DNA of 64,000 bases, from the NCBI GenBank assembly GCA_965223905.1, contig CBDCXV010000011.1, positions 1,472,001 to 1,536,000 of the forward strand. The letters run 5' to 3'. This stretch comes from Candidatus Latescibacterota bacterium (GTDB lineage Bacteria; Latescibacterota; UBA2968; UBA8231). Under the pieces are notes generated by a model. The model worked only from the letters and a program-made list of their open reading frames with translations, ran no database searches and was not told the origin of the DNA. How positions within the stretch are numbered: the stretch's first letter is position 1; each line of letters begins with the position of its first letter. Positions 29,500 to 39,279 of this stretch are shown piece after piece. The position numbers and the translations under genes were made by a program.

Positions 29500-32400
29500 A
29501 TGACGGAACAACGAAACGACGAATTCCCCGACCAGCCCTTCCTCAACCGTGTTCGTGATGCGCTCTGGCGTCGTCCGGGTCAAGCGTCCGTGATGATCGG
29601 CAGCGGGTTCTCCCGGAATGCCAGAAAGAGCCGGCCCGATGTCGGGGACATGCCCTTGTGGTCCGATCTGGCGGAGGCACTATCCAAGAGCCTCTCGACC
29701 TCAGGAGATAAACCGGCGTGCGAGGTCGATGCCCTGGAACTTGCGCAGGAGTACGAGCAGGCCTTCGGACGGGCGCGTCTCCACCAGTTCCTCAACGAGT
29801 CGGTGCGCGACGAGGATTTCAGCCCGGGCGAGCCACACCGCAGGCTGTTGAAGCTGCCGTGGAGAGATGTCTTTACCACCAACTGGGACACCCTGTTGGA
29901 ACGTTGCCTTCCGATGCCTGAGCGGGCGTACTCCCTGGTGACCTCGGCGGATCACCTGCCACTGCGCGCGCCTCCCCGCATCGTCAAATTGCACGGGTCC
30001 TTCCCAGGGACCTTCCCTCTGATCGTCACCAAGGACGACTATAGGAAATTTCCGAGGGTTTTTGCTCCCTTCGTGAACACCGTGCAGCAGGCGATGATGG
30101 AGACGGTCTTCCTTTTGCTCGGTTTCTCGGGCGAGGATCCGAACTTCCGGCGTTGGCTGCGCTGGGTCAGAGAGAACCTTGATGAAGCCGCCCCGAGGAT
30201 CTATTGGGCCGGATGGCTGAAGCTGGACGAGTCTGCCCGGGCGAAGTTGATGAAGAAAAACGTCGTTCCGATCGATCTTGCCCGGCATCCGAGAGCAGGC
30301 ATCTGGCCCGAGCCCCTGAAGCACGTGAAGGCGTTGGAATGGGTTCTCCGGTCCTTGGAGCATGGCCGGCCCTATCCACCGGAAGACTGGCCGAGCCATG
30401 TTGCGCCCAGCCGTCCTAGTGTGCTGGCGGACCTCGAGCCTGTGGAGCGGGTTCTGGTCAGGCACCCCAGGGAGGAACCCTCGGAAAAACCGCCGGGAGA
30501 GCCACACGAACCTGCGTATCTGGAGGAAATCAGAGCCCTCCTGCATGTCTGGCGTCACAATCGGAAGTGCTATCCATCCTGGCTGGTCATGCCCTCCGAC
30601 GCGGCGCAGGAAGTTCGTGCATACACGGATCACTGGCAGCCACTCATCCTTGCTGCGTTGCCGCACCTTGCCGGCGGCCCCGAGCGTCTTGGCGCTCTCA
30701 GTGAGCTGGTCTGGCGGCGTGAGGCGGCACTCGATCCGCTCTTCAAGGATCTCGAGGAGGCCGTTGGCGGTGTTCTCGAGGAGATCGACTGCGAGCGTCG
30801 TTTGGTCGGCGGCGAGGTGCCGGGGGATCTGGATTGGGGCCGTGTTCGGCGTCAGTGGCGGACGCTGGCAGCGGCTCTCGTGACGGAGGCCCGATTCGCC
30901 TACGATCGCCCGAAGTTCATGCACTGGATCGAGCAGTTGGCACCGTTCAAGGAGGAAGACGAAGACCTCGTCGAGCGAGTACAGCATGAGAAATGTCTGT
31001 GGGCGTTGAATCAGCAGGACTATGAGAAACTTGAGGGGCTGGTTGGAGAATGGCACCCGCAAGCCTCGGATCCCGTTTGGCTGTTGCGGAAAGCCGCACT
31101 CCTGGCAGAATTGGGCCGTACCGATGACGCAAGGGAACGCGCCCTCGGCGTGCTGGAGACGGTGCGGAGGTGGCCTGACGGTCCGGAGAGTCTGGCCGGC
31201 GTCTCAAGGGAGGCATGGGCCCGGCGGCTCGCCCACGTGACCGACGAGGATAGAAAGGACACGATCTCGAGTTTGCGGGTGTTGGAATCGAGGTACCGCG
31301 AGTTGGCGCAATATCGATGCGACCCGACAGCTGAGTTACAAGCCCACGAGCGGGCAGTCTTGGGCAGCCCTCCGGTCGAGAAGCAAAGGCCGTTCGATCT
31401 CGGCAGGAGGACCGCCGAGGGTTTGAGCTTCAGCAACGTGGCCAATCATCGGGCTCTGGCGGCCCTGCGCGCGATCCGGTTCGTCGAGGTCGTCGGATCG
31501 CCGAGTTTCGTCAGCGGTGACCTCCTGGGCCGTGCGGCGGAAGCGCTCCTACCCTACAGCCCGGAATGGGCCTCCGCCCTTACCGTCCGCTGCGCGGACG
31601 GTGGCGCTGATCGGCGGTTCTCGAGGACCCTGTCGCGTTGGCGGATCGCATTCATGAAGCCGGAGTTGGCCCGGTCTTTGGCGGAATCCCAGCGCCGTAC
31701 GATCGAGTTCGCACTCGAGCAAGTGGAACGCAGCACCGGTGCGGTTCAAACCTGGTGGCTCTGGAGCCAACGCCTGGAGGCGGCGATGGAGGCGTTGTCC
31801 CGGTTTGTTCTTCGCTTGAAACCCGAAGAAGTGGAGAGGGTGCTGCAGTTGGCGCAGTCCCTTTACCGCAATCCCCGGATCCACTCGCGCATTCAGTATT
31901 CCGAGCCCTTGGGCAATCTCCTGCGCAGGTCATGGGAGGCCCTTCCCGGTTCCCTCCAAGCGCAACATGCACTGGACCTTCTCCGCCTGCCCATCGTCGG
32001 TGTCGACGGATTTACTGTTGACATGGAGAACCACTTCAGGGATCCCGGTTACATCATCGACGCCGCAAATTCGGTACGGGACTGCCCTGCCCCCGACCGG
32101 TCCGAGGCCAATGAAAGTGCCTGGGTCGAAGTTGTTCGCCTCCTCGACAAAGGACTGGGTACCGAGGGCACGGCGCGAAAGCGGGCGGCGGTCAGGCTGG
32201 CCGTTCTGTCGCGTTGGCAGTGGTTGACGTCGGACGAGCGGCAGCGGCTTGCACGCGCGCTCTGGGACTTTGGCTTGGATTGCGATGGTCTGCCGAGGGA
32301 TGCGGACCTGCACCCGTGGGTGTTTCTGAAACTGCCGGAGCCGGAGCCTGGGCTGGCGGAAAATCGGCTTCGCGCCGCGTGGGTAAAATCCGCGAACTGG

Positions 32401-33318
32401 GAGGACGAGAGTAGGGAGTCGCTGGAGAAGGTCCTTGCCGGCGCGGGGACTGCCCTGAGCAACCTGCCAGCACGCGGACACGAGATCACGCTCACTAATG
32501 CCGAGGTCGATTCACTCCTGGCAGCGGTTGATCGCTGGGCAGCGATGGGACCCTCGACGATTCTTCCATGGAACCGCCCCCATATGTTGCAGGAGTGGCG
32601 CAGCACCTTGAGGAACGTCGCGGCGTTGTTACTGGAGTTGGAAGTGAGCCCCACGACGGCACAGACATTGCTCGACACCGTGCGGAAGCTGGGCACTGAA
32701 AAAACGCCAGCATACGAGTTGGTGCCTGGCATTGTGAAGTCCGATCATGGCCTGGCCACCTCCGCCTCCGCCCTGCTGCGGGTCGGGCTCGGGGGTTCGA
32801 CGCCTGAACAAAGTGAACAAGCAGCGAGCGCGTGGGGAGGTCTGTATTGGTGGCTTCGGGCTTCGGCCTTGGAAGATTCCGGTCTACCACGGGCACCTGA
32901 CCACTTGGTATTTGAGATGGGCGAAATCATCGCGGCCCCCAGGTGGTTTGTTCTCTCCCAGGCTCTTGAGATTGCGGCATGGGTGTTCGAAGAGGGAATC
33001 GAGGAACACCGCGAGTTGCTGCGGCCACCCGTCCTTTCCGGTCTCGACTTTCTCCGGCGGGCCCTTGTCTTTCGGGAGATTTCACCGAATCCCTTGGTCG
33101 AACAACCCCAGGTTAACGAAGATGATGTCGACGTGCCTTTGCTTCGTTGGCGCTGTGTCCGACTGGCAAAGGCCATGGACTCTGCCGGATTCGGAGGCGA
33201 GACGGCTGTCGCAGGTTGGCTGAAGAACGCGGAGATGGATCCATTGCCGGAGGTGCGCCTCACGGTGGCAGACTGGGGCGACGGCCGGGTTTCGAAAAAC
33301 GCTCCGGATTCAGAGTGA
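29500..33318 (+). CDS. SIR2-domain defence protein (Dsr1-like sirtuin)
   Basis: IGSGFS, TTNWDTLLE, IVKLHGS, LGFSGEDPNF, then about 1000 aa of helical repeats; no Walker A seen. Confidence 0.85.
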   Translation: MTEQRNDEFPDQPFLNRVRDALWRRPGQASVMIGSGFSRNARKSRPDVGDMPLWSDLAEALSKSLSTSGDKPACEVDALELAQEYEQAFGRARLHQFLNESVRDEDFSPGEPHRRLLKLPWRDVFTTNWDTLLERCLPMPERAYSLVTSADHLPLRAPPRIVKLHGSFPGTFPLIVTKDDYRKFPRVFAPFVNTVQQAMMETVFLLLGFSGEDPNFRRWLRWVRENLDEAAPRIYWAGWLKLDESARAKLMKKNVVPIDLARHPRAGIWPEPLKHVKALEWVLRSLEHGRPYPPEDWPSHVAPSRPSVLADLEPVERVLVRHPREEPSEKPPGEPHEPAYLEEIRALLHVWRHNRKCYPSWLVMPSDAAQEVRAYTDHWQPLILAALPHLAGGPERLGALSELVWRREAALDPLFKDLEEAVGGVLEEIDCERRLVGGEVPGDLDWGRVRRQWRTLAAALVTEARFAYDRPKFMHWIEQLAPFKEEDEDLVERVQHEKCLWALNQQDYEKLEGLVGEWHPQASDPVWLLRKAALLAELGRTDDARERALGVLETVRRWPDGPESLAGVSREAWARRLAHVTDEDRKDTISSLRVLESRYRELAQYRCDPTAELQAHERAVLGSPPVEKQRPFDLGRRTAEGLSFSNVANHRALAALRAIRFVEVVGSPSFVSGDLLGRAAEALLPYSPEWASALTVRCADGGADRRFSRTLSRWRIAFMKPELARSLAESQRRTIEFALEQVERSTGAVQTWWLWSQRLEAAMEALSRFVLRLKPEEVERVLQLAQSLYRNPRIHSRIQYSEPLGNLLRRSWEALPGSLQAQHALDLLRLPIVGVDGFTVDMENHFRDPGYIIDAANSVRDCPAPDRSEANESAWVEVVRLLDKGLGTEGTARKRAAVRLAVLSRWQWLTSDERQRLARALWDFGLDCDGLPRDADLHPWVFLKLPEPEPGLAENRLRAAWVKSANWEDESRESLEKVLAGAGTALSNLPARGHEITLTNAEVDSLLAAVDRWAAMGPSTILPWNRPHMLQEWRSTLRNVAALLLELEVSPTTAQTLLDTVRKLGTEKTPAYELVPGIVKSDHGLATSASALLRVGLGGSTPEQSEQAASAWGGLYWWLRASALEDSGLPRAPDHLVFEMGEIIAAPRWFVLSQALEIAAWVFEEGIEEHRELLRPPVLSGLDFLRRALVFREISPNPLVEQPQVNEDDVDVPLLRWRCVRLAKAMDSAGFGGETAVAGWLKNAEMDPLPEVRLTVADWGDGRVSKNAPDSE

Positions 33319-33404
33319 GTAAACGAGTCGACGGGACTGGGATTGGACTGCCGGTTTCACGGACAGCTTCCTTTATCGAGAACCCCTTGGCTCGGGCTGT
33401 ATGC

Positions 33405-33834
33405 CTTCATGGACAACGCCTGAAATTGGTTCGTGGTTAAACAGGTCCCTGTGCTGAGGGCAGAGAAGTACGACCCCCGATTCGGCGCTACCACCGCCCG
33501 CGCCCTCTGCAAGGACGTCCTCCGACTCACCTACACCGCCAACGACATGGCCCCCTTGGCCCACGACCTCGGGTACGCCCGCCCGCCCTTCTGGTGGGTG
33601 GAGAAGGAACGCGCCACCTCCCCCCACGCCCCGACGCCCTCTACTTCTTCCTCCACGGCTTCACCCGGGAAGACGCGGACTACGTGCTCGCCACCTTCCC
33701 GATCATCCACTGCTAAGACGAGGCCGCCTTCGGACGCACCCCACCCGCTCGCTGATTCTGGCTACATGAACGCCCTTGCAGCCGGCGATACGGAGACGTT
33801 GGTAGCCGTGAAAACCGGAAAGGTGCGAGGATAA
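33405..33834 (+). pseudogene. Frameshifted second copy of a type IIG R-M 3' end
   Basis: HGQRL/WFVVKQVPV..FGATTAR..VLRLTYT..DMAP.A.DLGY..YMNALAAGDTETLVAV parallels 28941-29352 (QGQNLNWFIIEQLPV..FGATTAR..YMNALAAGDTDSVVAV). Confidence 0.85.
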
Positions 33835-33912
33835 CATTTGGGGTTGACAGGGTCTTGCTGATCAGACACCATATGGAATGCCAAGCGATCCAAATACTGA
33901 TGGAGTTGGTGA

Positions 33913-34188
33913 ATGGATATTGGATTTGTATGGGATAAAGGCAAGTACCAAGAAGTTCAAGACAAACACCAAGTCCGGTTTTATGAGGCAGTATCCGCAT
34001 TTGATGATTCGAGGGGGTGCGAAATCGCTGATCCAGCAGGCCATGAAGATCGATGGATGTGGATTGGGGCAACTTTCAGCGGTCGCGTATTAGCTCTCGT
34101 TTACTCGGAAGAGAATTTACCGCTCTATCGGTTTATCACGGCATTTGATGCAAAAGGCAGATTCCTCGATGAGTACAAAAGAATTTGA
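33913..34188 (+). CDS. brnT: BrnT family toxin
   Basis: 91 aa; FVWDKGK...KHQVRFYEA..FDD..EDRWMWIG..VLALVYS...RFITA; GGAG RBS. Confidence 0.75.
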   Translation: MDIGFVWDKGKYQEVQDKHQVRFYEAVSAFDDSRGCEIADPAGHEDRWMWIGATFSGRVLALVYSEENLPLYRFITAFDAKGRFLDEYKRI

Positions 34189-35602
34189 CTACCAGGCTTT
34201 CATGAATAGCTCTCCCGGCCTTGGTGAAATCCATCGTGGGCCTAAGGCGCGGGACCAACGACGAACAGCCTCCGAAGGGCGGATTTCTCAGTGTGAGGAA
34301 TTGAAAGGGGTTTTCCAGATAATCCAGGAAATTACCAAAATCTCCGCCACCGGTGACTACATCTACCGAGGAGAACCTAAGCACTATAGCAAGGTGTCGT
34401 CGAGTCTCTATCGCGAATGGTCGGAGATTGATAAAGATATCAATGTGGTAGCTGTCCAAAATGAAATTCTGAAAGAAGCAAAGAGATTTGTTTACGATAA
34501 TGATGAACTGGAAATCCTGACCCAACTCCAACACTACGGAGGAGCAACCAACCTGATAGACTTTACTACCGACTACCTTGTAGCCATGTTCTTTGCCTGC
34601 GATGGCTCCGATCTCCTAAACCAAAATGGTAGAATCATTTTGCTTGAGAAAAGCAGCGAGATCAACAAACAGCTTGAAATCCCTCGCAATCCCAGGAATC
34701 GTGTCATGGCTCAGAAAAGTATTTTTGTTCGGCCACATCGCGGATTTATTGAACCAGATCATGTCGTTAATATTCCGAAAGCTCTTAAAACCCCCATCCT
34801 AAACTACTTGTGGAAATGCCACGACCTATCTACTGCTGCCATATACAACGATCTTCACGGCTTTATCAAATTCCAGAAGATTCATCATCGTTCGCATTCC
34901 AAGTATTTCTCTGGGCTTCTATGTCAAAAAAAAGAGGCTTATCGCAAAGCCATTGAACATTATACGGAGGCAATTAAACTGAATCCTAGGTTAATTGATG
35001 CTTATTGTAATCGCGGAGCTGCCTATAGCAACGAAGGCGTGTACCACCTTGCCATTGAGGACTACAACAAAGCCATAGAACTGGACCCGGACGACGTAGA
35101 AATCTATTTCAATCGTGGCCTTGCTCAGACGGGCAACGGCGCTTTCGACCTTGCTATTGAGGACTACAACAAAGCCGCAGAACTAGACCCGAATGACGTG
35201 GAAATATATGTTAGTCGCGGTCTGGCTCAGATAGGCAAAGGTGCATATGATCTTGCTGTTGAAGACTACAACAAAGCCATAGAACTGAACCCAGACGATT
35301 CCAGGATCTATTTCAATCGAGGCAACGCTCACCTAAAGCAAGGTGAGTATGATCACGCTGTCCAAGACTACAACAAAGCCATAGAACTGAACCCTAATGA
35401 CGCCAAAGCTTATTTTAACCGCGGAGTAATTTGGCTGTCCAGGAAAAATTGGCCACGGGCCCAATCAGACCTGACTGCTGCCAAGAACCTTGGCATTGAT
35501 ATTCTCTCGGCATTTCGTAACGACTACCAAAACGTCGAGGGATTTCAGCAACAATTAGGAGTTCGGCTGCCTGAAGATATCGTGGCAATGCTGACGTCAT
35601 AG
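34169..35602 (+). CDS. FRG domain + TPR protein with a BrnA-like N-terminal extension
   Basis: ATG overlaps the brnT end by 20 nt; YIYRGE..SSSLYR, LQHYGGATNLIDFT..VAMFFAC, NRVMAQKSIF (FRG); five 34-aa TPR units. Confidence 0.85.
   Translation: MSTKEFDYQAFMNSSPGLGEIHRGPKARDQRRTASEGRISQCEELKGVFQIIQEITKISATGDYIYRGEPKHYSKVSSSLYREWSEIDKDINVVAVQNEILKEAKRFVYDNDELEILTQLQHYGGATNLIDFTTDYLVAMFFACDGSDLLNQNGRIILLEKSSEINKQLEIPRNPRNRVMAQKSIFVRPHRGFIEPDHVVNIPKALKTPILNYLWKCHDLSTAAIYNDLHGFIKFQKIHHRSHSKYFSGLLCQKKEAYRKAIEHYTEAIKLNPRLIDAYCNRGAAYSNEGVYHLAIEDYNKAIELDPDDVEIYFNRGLAQTGNGAFDLAIEDYNKAAELDPNDVEIYVSRGLAQIGKGAYDLAVEDYNKAIELNPDDSRIYFNRGNAHLKQGEYDHAVQDYNKAIELNPNDAKAYFNRGVIWLSRKNWPRAQSDLTAAKNLGIDILSAFRNDYQNVEGFQQQLGVRLPEDIVAMLTS
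34949..35460 (+). repeat. 102-bp coding tandem repeats (TPR units)
   Basis: GACTACAACAAAGCC(AT/GC)AGAACT recurs at a 102-bp period (units starting 35051, 35153, 35255, 35357). Confidence 0.85.
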
Positions 35603-35702
35603 CAAGTCGCTGCCGCACCGAGAGGCGGCGTCTTCAGTTCCCACCCCCACAGACATCCGTTGCCCTCTTTTGCAGGGACCTTGAAATTCCCGCTTACCTC
35701 GG

Positions 35703-35724
35703 ATGGGCTACACCCATTTTTTTC
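35703..35724 (+). terminator. Possible weak intrinsic terminator at the island end
   Basis: ATGGG-CTACA-CCCAT hairpin followed by a T run; the stem is short. Confidence 0.3.
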
Positions 35725-35797
35725 TCTACAGGGCGTGGGATCAGGCATCGGGGCACCCACCGACATTTCCTTCCGAAAGGACACCCCCGCTCCCAAC

Positions 35798-36445
35798 TCA
35801 GAAAACCAGCCGGGTATAATCCTCCCACTGGTGGAAGCCCAGGGTCGTAAGGTGTGCCGTCGAGGAGTGCTCCGGGTCTTCCAGTCCCCCGTTGTAGTTG
35901 TAGCGGCAGACCGCGAAGGACCACTCCGCCCCCGGGCTCGGGGCTGAATCGAGGCCGAACGCCTTCCAGGGAATGCGGATCTCCACCGCCCACCTGTCCT
36001 CGAGCCGCCAGACCCGCCGCAGCGTCCCGCTGGCCGGTGCGATCACCTCCTCCCAAGTAACCTCCCCCGCAGTGAAGCGGTCCCGGTCGGGAATGTGGAG
36101 GTCCATCAGGAAGCCGTTTGGAGTGATGTGGATCTCCCAATAGTCGCTGCGCTCCCCACCCGGCTTGACGAAGAACTCGGCGACGTCTCCGAGGGTCCAC
36201 ATCCGCTGGTTGTCCGCGGTCGCCTGCGAGAAGATGTCGCTGTCGGTGAAGCAGGTGTAAAAGCTCAGGCCGTCTTCGGCGGCACCGACGCAGGCGCTTC
36301 CCCTTTCGGCCGGAAAGACCTCCGGCCCATCCCAGTACCGGCGCAGCGGAAGAAGTGCCGATTCCCGGTATTTCTCGGGCTGCTCGACGCCGAAGTCTTC
36401 GACGTCCCCGGAAACCCGGGGACAGCGGATCGAAGGGGTTGCCAT
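35798..36445 (-). CDS. Carbohydrate-binding family 9-like (DOMON) protein
   Basis: DSDIFS..MWTLGDVAEFFV..YWEIHITPNG..WAVEIRIPW..WSFAVCRY; GGAG before ATG 36445. Confidence 0.8.
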   Translation of the reverse strand: MATPSIRCPRVSGDVEDFGVEQPEKYRESALLPLRRYWDGPEVFPAERGSACVGAAEDGLSFYTCFTDSDIFSQATADNQRMWTLGDVAEFFVKPGGERSDYWEIHITPNGFLMDLHIPDRDRFTAGEVTWEEVIAPASGTLRRVWRLEDRWAVEIRIPWKAFGLDSAPSPGAEWSFAVCRYNYNGGLEDPEHSSTAHLTTLGFHQWEDYTRLVF

Positions 36446-37024
36446 TTCCAGAGCTCCTTTGACGGAAGGCAGGGGGAGATCCTCCCCGCGCGCGGCGATA
36501 CGGGTCCCCTCCTGAAATAGTTGAGGCACTGTTCCGGTCCAGGAACGATGGCTGCCTGGGCCGCGTTTGAGCGGCTCGGAAAATTCCGCACTCTCGATGG
36601 TTCCTGGACCGATCACGCCGAATAAATGGAACCAGATACCGGCAATTAACATGGTCTCCATCTGCTTCCCCCTCGCTTGACGGCCGCCTTGCCCGGGCGG
36701 CAGTTTGGTTTCCGGTCTCGCTTCCGACCCTTTCTGATTACATGAAAAAGTGATAAAACCGGAAGAAACCCCACCAGTATTCCACACCGACGGGCGAATC
36801 CGGCTCGGGAAGAAGCCGGGGACCGGGACCGTCATCGTCCGCCTCCCCTTCGTGGCCTCGGTGGATGGTGCCGTACCCAGGCAGTGCTGCCCGGCACGAT
36901 TTCATTCCCGGATTCGGGTTGTTGCATCCCGGCATCCGGCTCCTTTACCTGAGTTCGCTCGAGCAGGACACCGTACCGGTCCGCAACCTCCGCGGACCTG
37001 ACCCGAAGACTTCGAGGTGACGAC

Positions 37025-38224
37025 ATGAAGATCAAGAGCATCCGCGCCGTGCAGGCCCGTTTCCCCGAACCTTTCGCTGCCGGCCCCGGCCAGAAGCAGT
37101 ACAACACGGCGCCCCGTCCCTCATGGATGGAGAGCGGCCCGGTCGCCAACCCGATGACCCGGTACCCGCGCTACGCCGCCTACCGGCCATCCTGGACCCC
37201 GACCTGGAGCGGCTTCGGCTGCCTGGTCGAAGCCGAGGACGGCAGCTGGGGGTTCGCGACGGCCAGCCACGGGCGCCCGGTGGCGGCGATCATCGACGAC
37301 TACCTCGGACCCCGGCTCGAGGGGGAATCCTGCCTGGCCACGGAGAAGTGCTACGACATGATGGTGCGCATGGGGGCGCCCCACGGCGCCGCCGGCCTGC
37401 ACTCCTACGCGGTCAGCGCCGTCGACCTCGCCCTGTGGGACCTCAAGGGAAAGCTGCTGCAGCGTCCGGTGTACGAGCTCATCGGCGGCCCCGCCCGCGA
37501 CGAGCTGTTCTGCTACTCGACCGGCGGCGACACCGACTGGTACATGGAGCTCGGCTTCCGCGCGACCAAGCTGCCCTGTCCGTACGGCCCGGCCGACGGC
37601 CTCGAGGGGCTGAGGAAGAACGTCGAGCTGGTGGCCGGCACCCGCGAGCTGGTCGGCGACGAGGTCGAGTTGATGCTCGACTGCTGGATGGCGTTCGATC
37701 TCGAGTACGCCGTCCGCCTCGGGGAGGAACTGCGGCCCTGCAAGCTCAAGTGGATGGAGGAGGTGCTGCGTTCCGAGGAGCTCGACGCCCACGCCGAGCT
37801 GCGCCGGCGGCTGCCCTGGCAGACCCTGGCGACGGGAGAGCACTGGTACACGACGGCCCCGTTCCAGCAGGCGGCGAGCCGCTTCCTCGTCGACATCCTG
37901 CAGCCGGACATCAACTGGGTGGGCGGCCTCACCGCGCTCGTCAAGATCTGCGCCATCGCCGAGGCGGCCGGCATCTCCGTCATCCCGCACGGAGGCGGCA
38001 ACACCCCCTACGGCCAGCACGCCTGCTACGCGCTGCCGGCCATCCCCTGGACCGAGTGCTTCGTCGGCTCCGCTCCCGGCGTTCCTCCCGAGCAGGCGGC
38101 CCGGATACCGGGGGCAGCGATCCCGAAGGAAGGGCGGATGAAGCCGTCCGGCGCCCCCGGCTTCGGAGTCGAGCTCACCCTCGACCAGCTGTCTCCGTTC
38201 GACTACGGGTCTTCAGGGGGATAG
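37025..38224 (+). CDS. L-rhamnonate dehydratase-like enolase superfamily protein
   Basis: VANPMTRYPRY..R.SW, SAVDLALWDLKGK, KLPCPYGPADG, LMLDCWM, WMEE, TGEH, PHGG. Confidence 0.85.
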   Translation: MKIKSIRAVQARFPEPFAAGPGQKQYNTAPRPSWMESGPVANPMTRYPRYAAYRPSWTPTWSGFGCLVEAEDGSWGFATASHGRPVAAIIDDYLGPRLEGESCLATEKCYDMMVRMGAPHGAAGLHSYAVSAVDLALWDLKGKLLQRPVYELIGGPARDELFCYSTGGDTDWYMELGFRATKLPCPYGPADGLEGLRKNVELVAGTRELVGDEVELMLDCWMAFDLEYAVRLGEELRPCKLKWMEEVLRSEELDAHAELRRRLPWQTLATGEHWYTTAPFQQAASRFLVDILQPDINWVGGLTALVKICAIAEAAGISVIPHGGGNTPYGQHACYALPAIPWTECFVGSAPGVPPEQAARIPGAAIPKEGRMKPSGAPGFGVELTLDQLSPFDYGSSGG

Positions 38225-38270
38225 TCCCTTCGGCTTCCCCTTCCGCCTGAGTTTCCCCACCGAACCGAAG

Positions 38271-39215
38271 TCAGGAACCCGACGTCGCCGAGAGGATGCG
38301 CTTGTCCTTGCGGTCGCTGGCCTCGTAGAAGAGGCGGAAGCGGCCGTCGGGCAGCTCGGTGACGCAGGGCTCGGAAACCATGTGGCGGTCCAGCGGCGCG
38401 CCGAGGTCGAGGCAGGGCTCAGGTTCCTTGCGCCATTCCAGACCGTCCGTCGAAGTAGCCGTGAAGACGCCGCCGTTGATCCCCTTGCTCCAGGCGGCGT
38501 AGTACATCCGGTAACTGCCGTCACCGAGGCGGACGACCTCGGGCGAGTATACTGCGACGTTTTCGCGTTCCGTCTCCTGAGCGATGCGGGCACCCGGTTC
38601 GAACTCCCACTGCAGCCCGTCGCTCGACAGGGCGCTGAGGATCTTCTTCCCGGCCTCCGGATCGGGGCTCCGCGGATGGGGATACCGGTGGAAGTAGAGA
38701 CGGCGCCGGCCGTCTTCGAGGTAGAGGCAGCGTGGGGTGCCGTAGGACCATTCGCCGTCGCCGATGCGCACGCCTTCTTCCAACTCCCAGGACAGGCCGT
38801 CTGCTGAAACGGCGCTGAGGATGACCGTCGGCGCCTCGCCGCTGCGTGCTTCGTAGTACATCCGCCAGCGGCCGTCGGGCAGCGGCACCACGTCGGGGCA
38901 GAGGGTGCGCGTGGTGGCGTGGGGGCTGCTGAGGTCGACGCGGATCCCTTCCTCTTTGGTCCAGCGCTCGGCGTCGTCGGAACGGGCGCTGAGGATGTAG
39001 CCGACCGCATCGGGATCGGGATGAGCCGGTCCGAGGCCGGTGTAGTAGATGCGATAGCCGCCGGCCGGCAGCCGGACGACGTTGGGGGTCAGGATGCTGC
39101 CGGAGTCCAGAGGGCTGTCGAGATCGAGGGCGATCCAGGGATCCTTGGTCCAGTCGGTTCCGGGGTCGCGCTTGTGGTAGTGGACGGCGGTCAGGGGATC
39201 GAAGGGACGGGCCAT
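38271..39215 (-). CDS. Beta-propeller protein (glycoside hydrolase five-bladed-like)
   Basis: Repeated blades P.VV.L.DG.(Y/W)R.YY...I.SA.S.DG..W. Confidence 0.7.
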   Translation of the reverse strand: MARPFDPLTAVHYHKRDPGTDWTKDPWIALDLDSPLDSGSILTPNVVRLPAGGYRIYYTGLGPAHPDPDAVGYILSARSDDAERWTKEEGIRVDLSSPHATTRTLCPDVVPLPDGRWRMYYEARSGEAPTVILSAVSADGLSWELEEGVRIGDGEWSYGTPRCLYLEDGRRRLYFHRYPHPRSPDPEAGKKILSALSSDGLQWEFEPGARIAQETERENVAVYSPEVVRLGDGSYRMYYAAWSKGINGGVFTATSTDGLEWRKEPEPCLDLGAPLDRHMVSEPCVTELPDGRFRLFYEASDRKDKRILSATSGS

Positions 39216-39279
39216 GGCAGGGTGACTCCGGTGAAGGGAAGGAACGATATCGTCCAGCGGTCTCGGAGGCCAGGCGTCG

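Noticed and set aside
1-33318. SIR2-HerA (Nezha-type) system
   Set aside because: herA is paired with nurA and lies about 28 kb from the SIR2 gene on the opposite strand.
35051-35460. Regularly spaced repeats as a CRISPR array
   Set aside because: The 102-bp period equals 34 codons inside an ORF, the intervening sequences are homologous, and no cas genes are present: these are TPR repeats.
19774-35800. Island as a prophage, ICE or transposon
   Set aside because: No integrase, transposase, tRNA or att-like terminal repeats were recognised.
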